A stretch of DNA of 64,000 nt from positions 385,255-449,254 of the forward strand of contig CAVSHT010000012.1 of NCBI GenBank assembly GCA_963727895.1, written 5' to 3'. Position numbers and translations under genes: made by a program. Positions 32,272-44,510 of the stretch are shown here, piece by piece; position 1 is the stretch's first letter; each line of letters starts with the position of its first letter. The notes under the pieces were generated by a model, which saw only the letters and a list, made by a program, of their open reading frames with translations, did not search any database and was not told the origin of the DNA. This DNA is from an uncultured Methanosarcinaceae archaeon (GTDB taxonomy: Archaea; Halobacteriota; Methanosarcinia; Methanosarcinales; Methanosarcinaceae).

Positions 32272-32550
32272 TTACCTTGTAAAAATTATCTCCATGCCTG
32301 CAAAGAGGAAACTAGCAATAAAACATATAATTAGAGGATAAATTCCCATATCCATTGAATCTATCGAAAATTCATCTTCTTTTCTTGAAGCTAGCAGCAT
32401 TTCCTTCATGCCTACAAGTGCTATTAGTCCTATAACTGTAATCTGATAATATTCAGGGATTCCAAAGTCTGTTGAGATAAAACAGATACCTAAATCTTGA
32501 AGAGCACTTACCGCTGTAAAATCCATACCTATACCAAATATTGAAAACAT
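32272..32550 (-). CDS. Small two-TM membrane protein
   Basis: GIPEYYQITVIGLIALVGMKEMLLAS...SMDMGIYPLIICFIASFLF; GGGG RBS upstream; shares C-terminal motif with 22963..23220. Confidence 0.75.
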   Translation of the reverse strand: MFSIFGIGMDFTAVSALQDLGICFISTDFGIPEYYQITVIGLIALVGMKEMLLASRKEDEFSIDSMDMGIYPLIICFIASFLFAGMEIIFTR

Positions 32551-32781
32551 TATAAATCCCCCAAATACATTGTAAAGGAATTATCTAAACATATACTAAA
32601 TTTTAACTCTACAGAGTATAACCCGTTAAACTATTTAAATATATAAATCAAGTAAAAGGATCTACTACGTAAATTAGATAAAGTTACGATTTTTCCTAAG
32701 ATGTTTTGAAGGATACCTATCAAAAGATAAATATGAATTGGAATTGATTACACTCCAATTCTCAATAAAGAGGTTCAATTT

Positions 32782-34065
32782 ATGAAAATTTCCGTTATAG
32801 GTTCAGGATATGTGGGTTCAGTCACAGCTGCATGTTTCGCAGAAGTCGGGCATGAAGTAATCTGTGTAGATATTGATACGAAAAAAATGGATCAAATAAA
32901 TGCAGGAATTCCTCCTATCTATGAAGAGGGACTTGGAGAACTCTTACAAAAGAATGCAGGAAAAAATCTCACTGCAACCACTGACTATGAATCTGCAATA
33001 AGACAGACGGATATCTCTTTTATTTGTGTAGGTACTCCATCATCAGAAGACGGAGACATAGATCTTTCAATTGTTCGCGCGGCAACAGCAAGCATAGGAT
33101 CTGTATTAGCAAAAAAAGATGGATATCATGTAGTAGTTGTTAAAAGTACAGTTGTGCCTGAAACAACTGAAAAGGGTGTCCTTCCTCTACTTGAAGAAAC
33201 TTCAGGCAAGGTAGCAGGAAAAGATTTTGGAGTCGCAATGAATCCCGAATTTCTTAGAGAAGGAAAAGCAGTCTATGACTTCATGCATCCTGATAAAATA
33301 GTAGTTGGAGCAATTGACCAGAAATCTGGAGATCTTGTCTCGGAACTTTATCGAACCTTTGAGTGTGAAGTTACACGTACAACTCCATCAACTGCAGAAA
33401 TGATCAAGTATGCAAATAACTCTCTTCTTGCAACCAAAATATCCTTTGTCAACGAGATCGGAAATATTTGTAAAAAATTAAAAATTGATACATACGAAGT
33501 TATGAAAGCAGTAGGTAAAGATTCTAGAATATCCCCTAAGTTTTTGAACTCAGGAGCAGGATTTGGAGGATCTTGTTTCCCTAAAGATGTAAAAGCACTC
33601 ATAGGAAAGGCAAAAAAAATTGGATATTCTCCAATGCTTCTGGAATCCGTAATTGGTGTAAACGAAAAACAACCAATTATGATGACTGAAATACTACAAA
33701 TGAAAGCAGGAAACGTTGAAGGCAAAAAGATTGCAGTACTTGGTCTTGCCTTTAAGAATGACACGGATGATATCCGGGAATCTAGATCTATTCCTGTTAT
33801 TGCTGAACTTCTTAGACTTGGAGCAAAAGTTTCGGCTTATGATCCAATGGCAGCCGATAATATGAAGCGTATCTTTCCAACAATTGAATACTCCAATAGC
33901 ACTAAAGATGCACTAGAAGGTGCGGATGCCTGCCTTGTAATGACAGAATGGGAAGAGTTTAAACAGCTTGACTCTGAATTTGAAGCTATGAAAGAAAAGA
34001 TAGTAATTGACGGAAGAAGGATAATTAAAGCGAAAAATATAGATTATGAAGGTCTCTGCTGGTAA
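32782..34065 (+). CDS. ugd: UDP-glucose 6-dehydrogenase
   Basis: GSGYVG, CVGTP, KSTVVP, NPEFLREG, GFGGSCFPKD, GLAFKNDTDDIRES. Confidence 0.92.
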   Translation: MKISVIGSGYVGSVTAACFAEVGHEVICVDIDTKKMDQINAGIPPIYEEGLGELLQKNAGKNLTATTDYESAIRQTDISFICVGTPSSEDGDIDLSIVRAATASIGSVLAKKDGYHVVVVKSTVVPETTEKGVLPLLEETSGKVAGKDFGVAMNPEFLREGKAVYDFMHPDKIVVGAIDQKSGDLVSELYRTFECEVTRTTPSTAEMIKYANNSLLATKISFVNEIGNICKKLKIDTYEVMKAVGKDSRISPKFLNSGAGFGGSCFPKDVKALIGKAKKIGYSPMLLESVIGVNEKQPIMMTEILQMKAGNVEGKKIAVLGLAFKNDTDDIRESRSIPVIAELLRLGAKVSAYDPMAADNMKRIFPTIEYSNSTKDALEGADACLVMTEWEEFKQLDSEFEAMKEKIVIDGRRIIKAKNIDYEGLCW

Positions 34066-34140
34066 CTACTAGCAGAAATTATTTTTCCCTTTTTAAAATT
34101 TTATCACTATATTACACTGGTCCCAAATTGATTAATTAAT

Positions 34141-35034
34141 TTAACCTTGTTTTTCTGAATTGCTCTTTGCAGATATACCTATTTTTATAAAGTACTCAAG
34201 TAGATCTCCTCTGAGGTTGTCATTTTTAAGAGCAAAATCTATTATCGATTTCACGTACCCTAATTTGTCACCAGTATCGAACCTTTTTATTTTTAACTTG
34301 CAGGCGTAGATTTTCTGTGACTTATTAAGGATATTGATTCCATCAGTTAGCTGGATTTCGTTTCCAACTCCAGTTCCTGCTTTTTTTATGCAATCAAAAA
34401 TTTCTGGAGTGAATACATAGCGTCCGATGGTTCCTATATTGGAGGGAGCATTTTGAGGTGATGGTTTTTCGACAATATCTTCCAGTAAGTACAGAGAATC
34501 ACTTAAAGGCTTTCCTTTTATAATCCCATAACTGCTCAATTTTTCATAAGGAATTTCTTCCACAGCAATTGTAGATCCTCCATATTTTTCAAAATTTTCA
34601 ATAAGCTGGGCAGTGCATGGCTTGTCGTTCACAATAATATCGTCACCTAGTAGCACGGCAAACGGTTCGTCCCCAATATGATTTTCTGCTCTGAGGATCG
34701 CATCCCCAAGTCCATTTGGCTCTTTCTGGCGGATATAATGAATATCCACAAGAGAGGAAATATTTCTGACTAGCTTAAGAAGTTCGGTATTATGCTTTTT
34801 TGCAAGGTACATTTCCAATTCGGGAGAATCATCAAAATAGTCTTCAATTGCTCTCTTGCCTCTTCCTGTAATAATTATTATGTCTTTGATACCTGAGGCA
34901 ATGGCTTCCTCCACTACATAATGGATAATAGGAGTATCAATTATAGGAAGCATTTCTTTTGGCATTGACTTGGTAGCAGGCAAAAAGCGAGTTCCAAGAC
35001 CAGCCGCTGGAATAACTGCTTTTTTAATCGTCAA
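34141..35034 (-). CDS. galU: UTP--glucose-1-phosphate uridylyltransferase
   Basis: KAVIPAAGLGTRFLPATKSMPKEMLP, RQKEPNGLGDA, VEKP, EIQLTD. Confidence 0.95.
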   Translation of the reverse strand: MTIKKAVIPAAGLGTRFLPATKSMPKEMLPIIDTPIIHYVVEEAIASGIKDIIIITGRGKRAIEDYFDDSPELEMYLAKKHNTELLKLVRNISSLVDIHYIRQKEPNGLGDAILRAENHIGDEPFAVLLGDDIIVNDKPCTAQLIENFEKYGGSTIAVEEIPYEKLSSYGIIKGKPLSDSLYLLEDIVEKPSPQNAPSNIGTIGRYVFTPEIFDCIKKAGTGVGNEIQLTDGINILNKSQKIYACKLKIKRFDTGDKLGYVKSIIDFALKNDNLRGDLLEYFIKIGISAKSNSEKQG

Positions 35035-35230
35035 ATTAGACTCCCCACCAAAAAATAATTCTATAAAATAGATATTCTTGTCCTTGAGTTAAAAACCTTT
35101 TCAACCATAACATTTTTAGTTTTTCGTCATTATTTATTAATCTCATATAAGGATAAAGTAAAAACATTTCCTGATTATTTCAATATAGCCTGGATTATTT
35201 ATACTGAATCTATTTTTGGAGGAATTTCTC

Positions 35231-36180
35231 GTGTCTTTAAATAACGTACTTGTGACTGGAGGAGCTGGCTTTATAGGAAGCCACCTCGTAGATCGTTTTA
35301 TAGAAAATGGAAGCAACATTGCTGTTTTCGATAATCTAAGTTCTGGAAAAATGGAATTTATAGAAAAGCATCTTGAAAATCCAAACTTTACATTGATAGA
35401 AGGAGAGTCTTCTGGATCAAGAAGCTATAGAGAAGGCCTGTAAAGGTATCAACTTTGTGTGTCATGTGGCTGCAAATCCTGATGTCAGGCTAGGAGCTCT
35501 TGGATACCAGAGTTCATTTAGAGCAAAATATTCTGGCGACCTATAACCTTCTGGAAGCGATGAGGAAAAATAATAATAAAAAAATTGCATTTACTTCGAC
35601 CTCGACAGTTTACGGTGAAGCAAATATTATGCCTACTCCGGAATATTATGGCCCTCTTATTCCTATTTCTCTTTACGGTGCTTCCAAACTTGCCTGTGAA
35701 GCTTTAATAACTTCATACTCTCATACTTTCGATATTCAGGCATTGATATTTAGGTTTGCAAATATTGTCGGCCCACGCAGTACACATGGAATTACCGTTG
35801 ACTTTATTAAAAAATTGAAGAGTGATCCTAATCTTCTGGAGATTCTGGGTGATGGAAAGCAGGAAAAGTCCTATCTTCATGTGTCGGAATGTGTTGATGC
35901 AATATTGTTCTTAATAGAGAATAGCAAAGAGAATGTCAATATTTTTAATATTGGTTCCGAAGATACCATCAGTGCCACAGAGATAGGAAAAATTGTTATA
36001 GAAGAGATGGAACTTCAAAATGTTGAAATCGTCTATACAGGAGGAAGTAGGGGGTGGAAAGGTGATGTATCAAAGATGAGACTTGGAATTGAAAAAATGA
36101 AGAGTTTGGGCTGGAGACCGGTCTATACATCGGAAAGAAGTGTGAGAGAAACGGCAAGGACATTACTAGGAAAATATTGA
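35231..36180 (+). pseudogene. NAD-dependent epimerase/dehydratase (GalE-like) with two frameshifts
   Basis: VTGGAGFIGSH in frame 1; LLDQ...HVAANPDVRLGA in frame 2 after a shift near 35405; DTRVH...STSTVYG, YGASK in frame 3 after a shift near 35499. Confidence 0.85.
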
Positions 36181-36375
36181 TTCGAAGACTTTTTGGATAA
36201 GCTTTCATTTTATTCTATATTTCACAATGTATATAGCTTCTATTTCAAAGATTTCTGAATCCAGCTCTGCAAAAAATTGTAATTAATAAAATATAAGATT
36301 AAAATATATATGGCTGAGATTCAGAAGTTTTCGATATTTTCTCAAACTCATTTCAAACCTAAGATCATTGGTTAC

Positions 36376-36981
36376 TCAAGTAGTTCTAAGATTCAAGGAA
36401 TTATCTAAGATTTCTGTTGCTCTAGCAACCAAATTTTCAGAACCTTTATCGTTTATTTTTTTAGCCGGAACCCCTGCAATCCCTATATTTGGTTCTGTGA
36501 ATGACTTATTTACAACCGAATTAGCTCCTATAGCTATTCCATCTGCAATTTCTATATCTCCAAATATTTTTGCCCCAGGCCCGATATAAACATTATTTCC
36601 TATTTTTGGTGTTACATCTCCATATCCAGCTTTCGTTCCAATCACGGTGCACACATGTATTCTGCAATTGGCTCCTACTCTTGTATTTCCGTTGACAACA
36701 ATCGTACCTGGATGACTTATAGACAACCCAGGCCCAAAAACGTTTGATTTAATATGAAAACCAAGGAACAAGCTTAATAAATGAAATTTTAAATATAGAT
36801 AATAATAGTAAGGGCGGTAAAAGCTAGACTTTTTGCAATTTTTATAGTATTCCACTTTTCGTAATAGTCTTTGAAATACCCATATTTCATCAAATAACAA
36901 CATCGGTTTTTTCTTTTTTTTACCTAAAGCTATCCTGTCTGCCTCTAGATAGTACTTATAATCCTGTTTTGACTTTATCAT
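36376..36981 (-). CDS. Serine-acetyltransferase-like hexapeptide O-acetyltransferase
   Basis: FGPGLSISHPGTIVVN, PKIGNNVYIGPGAKIFG, IGANSVV, AGVPAK. Confidence 0.82.
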   Translation of the reverse strand: MIKSKQDYKYYLEADRIALGKKKKKPMLLFDEIWVFQRLLRKVEYYKNCKKSSFYRPYYYYLYLKFHLLSLFLGFHIKSNVFGPGLSISHPGTIVVNGNTRVGANCRIHVCTVIGTKAGYGDVTPKIGNNVYIGPGAKIFGDIEIADGIAIGANSVVNKSFTEPNIGIAGVPAKKINDKGSENLVARATEILDNSLNLRTT

Positions 36982-37269
36982 AAAATATTCCCAATTGTAA
37001 AGTTTTACTTTATGTCAATTTTGGAGTTGATACCGATTTCTGCTGGCTAATATTTTATAAAAGGAACAAAACTTTTTAATAGCATTGCTAATTTTTAAAG
37101 TTATCTGATATTGACTTTTTATAAATTCTCTATATAATTAACTCCGTTAACTTCAAGTGAATAATTTGACTTCTTTTTATATTAATATCAATAAGTTGAA
37201 TTAATTTAGATAAGTTCTCTACAAAATCATTAAGGTTTTAATAAGTGAAGATAAGCATTCTTTTCGTAA

Positions 37270-38733
37270 TTATATTCTTGGAGGAGTATGTTTTGTATGT
37301 TTTATTAAAGCAGAAATTTCACACTTACTGAAACCACCAATTATAAGCATTAGGAATATATATAGAAGTAATCCCATTGCTGCTACTCCAAAAAGCACAT
37401 AGGCGTTTGAAATCTCAAAGCGAGAAACAAAAAGGTACATTGCAAAAGACGAAAAGATGCATTTTGCAATGTCATAGTAATAAAAGTCAAATACAAAATG
37501 TTTCGTAGATATATATATACAGAGTACAATCAATAAAAAATACGAAATCAGGGTTGATAGTGCTGCTCCGATAATGCCAATAGACGGTATGAGCAAAATG
37601 TTGAGCAATACATTTGAAACTGCAGCAATAATATTAATATAAGTTGCAGACTTCGTTTCTTTTACAAGAAGTATTATATTTACAAAAATTTGAAAAATTC
37701 CTGCCAAAAGGCCTGAAAGGGCAATAATTGGAATAACAAACCAGCCTGAAAGAAAGTCTTGAGTTGTAAAAATTCCTAAAAGTGGTTTTGCAAGAGCAGA
37801 AAGACCAATAACAGCTGGAATGGTAATAAATAGGAAATATCTTAATGAACTTGCTAAGTAAATCCTTACCTGATCAGTTTTATCTTCATCAAACAGTTTT
37901 GAAAGCTCAGGGAGAAGAATTAGTTGAAGGGGACTTGCCAAAAGCTGGATAAGGTTCCCTATAGAATAAGCCGCTGAATATACGCCTGCATTCCCAAGAC
38001 CTAGAAAATAGGTAACCAGAAATCTATCACTTGATTCTGTAACCCATCTCACAAGAGAACTTGGAGTTAAAGGAAGAGAAAATTGCAGGTACTCTTTTAT
38101 ATGGGTAAACTTGGGAATAGTAAATCCGATTTGGGATACAATTATCACAACGGAAAGTAATAAAATCGAACTCTGTATAAGTGCAGTTGCGGTTATCACG
38201 CCTAAAAGTCCGTATCCCATTTTGGTAAGTAAAAGGATACAAAATAATTTTCCAAAAGTTTCAAAGAGAGTAAAGTAAGAGTATTTTTTAATCTGTCTGA
38301 AAACTCTAAAATAAAACAGAGTTATTGATTCAACTACGCTTAAAAAAATTAAGGCCGAACCTGCTTGGATAAAATAAGCTGCTTTAGAGTCGTTAAAACC
38401 AAAGGTTGCAATAGGTTCTGCAAATATATATATTAATAAAGAAGCCAAAAGGCCGGATATTATCACAAAAAATAGAATCGAATATACAGCTTCTTGTATC
38501 ATCTTTTTATCAGTTTCAGCAGATAAAAACCTGACAAAGCCCATAGAAAGACCCATTAGTGCAAAAGAAGAAACTAGAGATACAATAATATTGATCTGCG
38601 CCCAGAGTCCATAATCATATGTTCCAAGGGTTTTTGTTATTATAGGAAGTAATAAAAAAGTGCCCAGACTAGTAAGTATCTGAACTGTCCCGATAAAACC
38701 AACGTCCCTTGCAAACTTTCGATATGACAACAT
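37270..38733 (-). CDS. Wzx/MOP-family oligosaccharide flippase
   Basis: LLPIITKTLG..DYG, DRFLVTYFLG..NAGVYSAA, LLIPSIGIIGAALST; many TM segments. Confidence 0.88.
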   Translation of the reverse strand: MLSYRKFARDVGFIGTVQILTSLGTFLLLPIITKTLGTYDYGLWAQINIIVSLVSSFALMGLSMGFVRFLSAETDKKMIQEAVYSILFFVIISGLLASLLIYIFAEPIATFGFNDSKAAYFIQAGSALIFLSVVESITLFYFRVFRQIKKYSYFTLFETFGKLFCILLLTKMGYGLLGVITATALIQSSILLLSVVIIVSQIGFTIPKFTHIKEYLQFSLPLTPSSLVRWVTESSDRFLVTYFLGLGNAGVYSAAYSIGNLIQLLASPLQLILLPELSKLFDEDKTDQVRIYLASSLRYFLFITIPAVIGLSALAKPLLGIFTTQDFLSGWFVIPIIALSGLLAGIFQIFVNIILLVKETKSATYINIIAAVSNVLLNILLIPSIGIIGAALSTLISYFLLIVLCIYISTKHFVFDFYYYDIAKCIFSSFAMYLFVSRFEISNAYVLFGVAAMGLLLYIFLMLIIGGFSKCEISALIKHTKHTPPRI

Positions 38734-39590
38734 ATCACCTTAAAAATAATCCGTTTTTAAAAATTTGAATTGAAAATTCACGAAAATAACCTACTACCAC
38801 TGATTTAGCAGCTTAATTCACTCTCTATCCAAAACTTGATATTTAAATCCTTTGAACACTGATTCTCCTTCTGAGCTTTACTCTCTCAATAAAGTATAAT
38901 TTATATGTCATGATTATAATTTTCTTTTATATAATCTTTTTAATTTGCATATAATGTACAGGACAGGGTTATCATATTCACTGTTAACTTTAAGTTTTAT
39001 TAATCTAATATGTGTTATTTGCGCAATTATTCATTTTTATAGAAAAATTCTGCTTTTAATAAAAAGCTATAACTGTTTACTAATATATTCATTACTTATT
39101 TTTACTTTTATTTTGAACAGTATTCTTTCAAATAAAACCATGTTCTAACTGATCTAATACAAGATTCCTACAAAAGATAAAAGCCTTTGCGTTTAGACAA
39201 TTCTGTATAGAAATTTGGCATACTTTTATATGTTATTTTTTAAAAATATATTCTAAATATAATAAAATACTAAGGTGTAGAACAAAATTAATGATATAGT
39301 TAAAAAGATTTCTTGGAATATCTACAAAAAGGACAATGATCCAAAATACATCCTAGTATAAAGATGAAGATTCTAAGAATATAAGCGAACTTCAGAATTC
39401 TACATGGACGATGTAGTCCCAAAAATAATCAAAAAGAAATTACCTTTTTGCTAAAGAAATTTTCCTTATTAATATATCTTAAATTCCCTCATTTTTTACT
39501 AAATAAAAGGAAAACTTTCCAGAACGCTTTGTATTTTAATCTTAATGTCAAGTTAACGTTTTGGAAAACTTCTTTGGGAATATGGCTATT

Positions 39591-42070
39591 TTAACTGTAT
39601 GTTAAGTTAAGTCTTGGTACCTGACTAACATTTTCACATTCAGCACTGTAGAAGGCAATGTAGTTATCATTCTCATTTCGGGCCTTTATCAGGAAACCAG
39701 TGTTTGGATATTTACCACTAATATACTCTTTTACAATGTCAGTTGCATTCAGCTCACAATAATTATTATCTGGTAAGCTACTGGCATTTAGAGTTAACGT
39801 AGCATATGGAGTGTTTCCCTGGAGAACGCCATTTTTGTCATACCAATCTCCTCCAGAATTATTCCAGGCAATACCGCTATTTTTTTTATTCCAGCTCACA
39901 TAATCAGGATTCCAGGCAACAGGCCGGTAAATCTCGAGAACAGTGTCATTTGGCCGTGAACTGGAAGGATAATACCAGAAGAGAGACAGAGTTGCATTTT
40001 TGATCTCAGTATCATTAGTGTAGTCACTTACATTGAACCATATAAGATCTCTATATCTGCCAACACCACTCATTCCTCCCACATCGATAAATGCTTTATC
40101 CGATAAGATGTCTTCAGGAGAAGCTTCACGCAAGCGATTGTCGTAAATTCTACCCGAAAAATCAAAAGGAACTTTTTCTTCAATTACATTTATTGTTGCA
40201 ACTTCAGAGTCACTGAACATACCATCGTTCACCTCTAAATATATAGTGTAGGTTCCTTCTTGTTCTTCTAGAGGTGTCCAGCTAAAAAGCCCTGTTTCAT
40301 CAAAACTTGCACCTGCAGGAAGATCTAATGCTGAAAATGTAAGGCTATTTCCGTTGACGCTAGAAGCTTTCACTGTGTAATTTAGATTTTCTCCAACCTT
40401 AACTATAAATTCTGGAATCGATTCAATAACTGGACTCTCTCCCACTTCCATAGAAGGATCTGGTTCTGAGTCTGTGAAATTATCTTCATCTGTATCCAAA
40501 GCTTCTGCTGTAATATTTAGATTTTCTCCAGTCTCATTTTCATCTGCAGTAATTGAGTTCATTAATGAGCACTGTACAGTTTTTACTCGTGAGGTCGATG
40601 AAAGAGATGCATATGCTGTATTTCCATACGTGCCTATGTTAATTCTATTTCCATTGGGTTTCGGTTCAGAAGAATAAGCTGAAGATGAATACCCCGCATC
40701 AATACATGGAGAGATTACTGTGTCTTTAACCCATGTTTTTCCATTCCATCTTCCAACTGTTGATTTCAAATGATAATCATGGTTTTTCTGGTCTGCAAAG
40801 AGTGGATTTACGTAGATATCAGTTGTAGATGTGCAGGATTTATAATTTCCTGCTGCATTTTTGTAGAGACAGTTATTTTGCAGTACAAATTTATGGTTTT
40901 TATTGGTAAGATAATTTATTACTCCATAACCTGTTCCACTTGGACTGTATATACGTTTCTGGGTGTTTACTATTATATTGTTGCGGACAATTGTCGTGTA
41001 TCCAGATTTTGACGAATAACTTGGACAACTTCCGGGGCACATGTTAGCAACAGCAGCATGATATGAACAATCAAAAACATTGTTTTCTGTGAGTATATCA
41101 TGGAATCCACTAGTTATAATGCCCCCTACCCAGGTAATTCCTGTATTAGTACCTGTATTGTAAAAAGTATTATGATGAATATGAACATTTTTCCCCAATT
41201 CTTTGTAAGAAGAGGTGTCATAGTTGTAAAGCCAGATTCCAGGACCATAAGTATCATGAATTATATTATTGTAGACCTCAATATCATCCATAGCACATGC
41301 ACCTGTTCCGCCTTTTTCAATCTGAATTCCTGGGCCGCCTGTACACCTATAGTATAATGAGTCGATAACGTTATCGTGTAGTTTTACGTGGTTTGAGTTC
41401 TAGATTCTAATACCGCTGTTAGTTCTACAGACTATTTTATTGTTCCAGGCTTCTATGTTCTGACTACGAATTGCAAACAGGCCATCATGTCCAAGCTTGG
41501 ATATCTTATTGTTATAGAATTGGATGTTTTTACAACAATTAGCCCTTAGCCCATCTCCATGTCCATCGTGCATGTACATATTATATACTTTTATATTGCT
41601 ACAATTAGTGAAGTACATTATATTGTAATATCCTTTACCCAAAGAAACTTTGGAATTTCCGTCATAGTTCACATTAACTTCGAACCCTCTGACTACAATG
41701 TTACTATTTCCGGAATACTCATCTGCTGGATCAAAGGTTTCATTGTAGGCCAGCCTGCATTATTAGCAAGCTTGATCATAGCATTTGAGTCTCCTTCAAG
41801 AATTGTATTACTGCCGATTAAAAGAGTATCGTCAATTACATATGTAAAAGGCCCTTTCAGGTGAACAGTGGTATATTTAGAATTAATTGACACAAACTTC
41901 AAGGCCTGGTTTATCTGAACTTGATCATCTTTCCCATCACAGTTAAAATCTCCACTTCCATCTCCTGCAACGTAAACAGTTGGTGCGGAACTTCTACATA
42001 ATGCAGTTGGAAGATTTGCAAAGATAAGGCAACATACTAGTAGAAATACCCCTAATATTCTCTTTATCAT
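39591..42070 (-). pseudogene. Disaggregatase-related beta-helix protein with Ig-like and DNRLRE domains; frameshift plus in-frame TAG
   Basis: Three ORF pieces collinear with 43017..44510; 1-nt deletion near 41716; TAG at 41400-41402 where paralogs have Trp (GLRIWN); C-terminus LPAGASFD..GLFSWTP and YDNRLREASP. Confidence 0.88.
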
Positions 42071-42788
42071 CTATATCACCTAGGAATAGTGTAAAAACAT
42101 TCACTCCTATGATTTCGAGAGTAAGAATAAGGTCGGAAATCATCCATGTGTCTACAAAACTTAAGTTTTTTTTCCAAATGGTTTGATAGACTTCTTACTC
42201 TGTTTTTTGTATGGAGTGTAATAATTTTCAACGGTGCCCACTTTCCGGGATCCAAGGCTATAAAAAATTTCTTGGAGAAATCTCTTGGAAAAGGTTACCT
42301 TATTCTATCGAGTTTATTCTATTGGATATAATAAATAAAAACTTTATAATAAGTCTCCCTGCTTTTAGGCCAAGTTCTCCAATTCATATGAATTTCCCCA
42401 TGAAAAGCATAATGAATTAATTATTAGTCTCCAATTCCATTTTTATAGTCCTATTTGTAAATTAATACTCCCTGTTATAGCAACACGTGTTTAAACTTTT
42501 AATGTATTTAGGCAGTTTTTTGAATATTACGAAAAGCTTAATTTTTTTGTACCTGACTTAATTATTAACTATTTTTGTAAAAAACTACAAATTCTATTCT
42601 TGAGCTTTACACATAATTATGAAATTCATAAAAAACTTCAATTGCACTTCTCGGTAAAAATAATTTTTTGATTCTTTTTTAAATTAATAAAGTATAAATA
42701 CCACTAAAAACTAATTCCAAAGTTACTGTTTTATGAATATTGCATAAGGATATCAAAAGAAAATAATCATTAAAATACTCAAAAATAA

Positions 42789-42834
42789 GATGGTACAAAC
42801 CCTAATGATCTACGCTTATATGGTCTGTACCATC
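42789..42834 (-). terminator. Conserved 3' hairpin, homolog of 10246..10290
   Basis: GATGGTACAAACC...GGTCTGTACCATC; the single mismatch is a G-U pair on the minus strand. Confidence 0.5.
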
Positions 42835-43016
42835 CTCATTAGACTATCAAATAATCTTATTGCATAATACGCTTATATTTTGCAACTTAATTTTCTCTGT
42901 AATTTATTCCAGAATCTGTGATTTTTCCTCCTGATTTCTGGGGTAATTTCATCGATGTTACTCTGGAAAATACATTTTTTTGTTATTCTTGTAAAAATAA
43001 ACAAAATTTAGATTAA

Positions 43017-44510
43017 TTAACTCTTTGATTTTGATGCATATGCTGTATTTCCATACCTTCCTATGTTAATTCTACTTCCATTTGGTTTTGGTTCAGAAAA
43101 ATAACTCGAAGACGGATATCCTGCATCAATACATGGAGAGTATACTGTGTCTTTAACCCATGTTTTTCCATTCCATCTTCCAACTGTTGATTTCAGGTGA
43201 TAATCATGGTTTGTCTGGTCTACAAATTGTGGATTTACATGAATGTCAGTTGTTGATGTGCAGGACATATAATTGCCTGCTGCATTGTTATAGAGACAAT
43301 TATATTGAAGAGAAATTGTATGTTTTTTACTCGACAGATAATTAATAACTCCATATCCTGTTCCACTTGAACTATATTTACGTTTTAGAGTGTTTACAAT
43401 TATGTTGTTATGGACAATCGTTGCATATCCAGCTGTTGACGTATAACTTGGAGAATAACTTGAAGGGTACATATTGGCAATAGCAGCATGATATACTCCG
43501 TCAAATACATTGTTTTCAATGTATGTATTGTGGAATCCACTGACTATAATACCACCTACCCAGGTAATGCTGGGATTTGTGCCTGTACTGTAAAATATAT
43601 TATGATATATCTTAATATTTTTTCCAAGATCCTTGGTGGCAGCAGCAGTATCATAATTGAAAATCCACATTCCAGGCCCATATGTATTATGGATAACATT
43701 ATTGTAGATACTAATATTATCCATAGTACCTGTGCCTGTTCCACCTTTTTCAATCTGAATTCCTGGACCACCTGCACTCCAGTCATAGGAGGAAGTAATT
43801 ACATTATCATGGAGCGCTACATTGTTTGTGTTCCATATTCTAAGACCGCTGTTAGTTCTGCAGGTTATCGTGTTATTCCAAGCTTCTACATACTGGCTCC
43901 GAATTGCAAACAGGCCATCGTGACCTAGCTTGTATATCTTGTTGTTATAAAACTGAATGTTTTTACAGGAACTTGCCCTCAGTCCATCGCCAAGCCCATC
44001 GTGCATATACATATTGTATACTTTTATGTTGTTACAGTTAGTGAAGTACATTATATTGTAGTACCCTTTACCCAAGGAAACTTTGGGATTACCGTCACGA
44101 TTCCCATTAACCTCAAATCCTCTTACTACAATGTTACTATTCCCGGAACTACTCATCTGCTGGATCAAAGGTTTTGTTGTAGACCAACCTGCATTATTAG
44201 CAAGCTTGATCACAGCGTTTGAATCTCCTTCAAGAATAGTATTACTGCCAATTAAAAGAGTATCGTTAATGACGTATGTAAAAGGACCTTTCAGGTGAAC
44301 AGTGGTATATTTAGAACTACTTGCTACAAGCTTCAAAGCTTGGTTTATCTGAACTTGATCATCTTTCCCATCACACTTATATGTTCCAGTGCTGTCTCCT
44401 GAAACGTATACTGTTGATGAGCTAGTTGCACATAAAACGGTAGGAACACTTGCAAGAAGAAGACAACTTATCAATAAAAATATTCCTAATTCTCGTTTTA
44501 GTATCGACAT
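43017..44510 (-). CDS. Secreted disaggregatase-related beta-helix protein, close paralog of 10476..11978
   Basis: Near-collinear with 10476..11978, including the identical C-terminus YASKSKS. Confidence 0.82.
   Translation of the reverse strand: MSILKRELGIFLLISCLLLASVPTVLCATSSSTVYVSGDSTGTYKCDGKDDQVQINQALKLVASSSKYTTVHLKGPFTYVINDTLLIGSNTILEGDSNAVIKLANNAGWSTTKPLIQQMSSSGNSNIVVRGFEVNGNRDGNPKVSLGKGYYNIMYFTNCNNIKVYNMYMHDGLGDGLRASSCKNIQFYNNKIYKLGHDGLFAIRSQYVEAWNNTITCRTNSGLRIWNTNNVALHDNVITSSYDWSAGGPGIQIEKGGTGTGTMDNISIYNNVIHNTYGPGMWIFNYDTAAATKDLGKNIKIYHNIFYSTGTNPSITWVGGIIVSGFHNTYIENNVFDGVYHAAIANMYPSSYSPSYTSTAGYATIVHNNIIVNTLKRKYSSSGTGYGVINYLSSKKHTISLQYNCLYNNAAGNYMSCTSTTDIHVNPQFVDQTNHDYHLKSTVGRWNGKTWVKDTVYSPCIDAGYPSSSYFSEPKPNGSRINIGRYGNTAYASKSKS

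Noticed and set aside
41400..41402. In-frame TAG as programmed pyrrolysine
   Set aside because: It replaces a Trp codon (TGG) of the paralogs, and an upstream frameshift near 41716 already breaks the gene; simple decay is more likely
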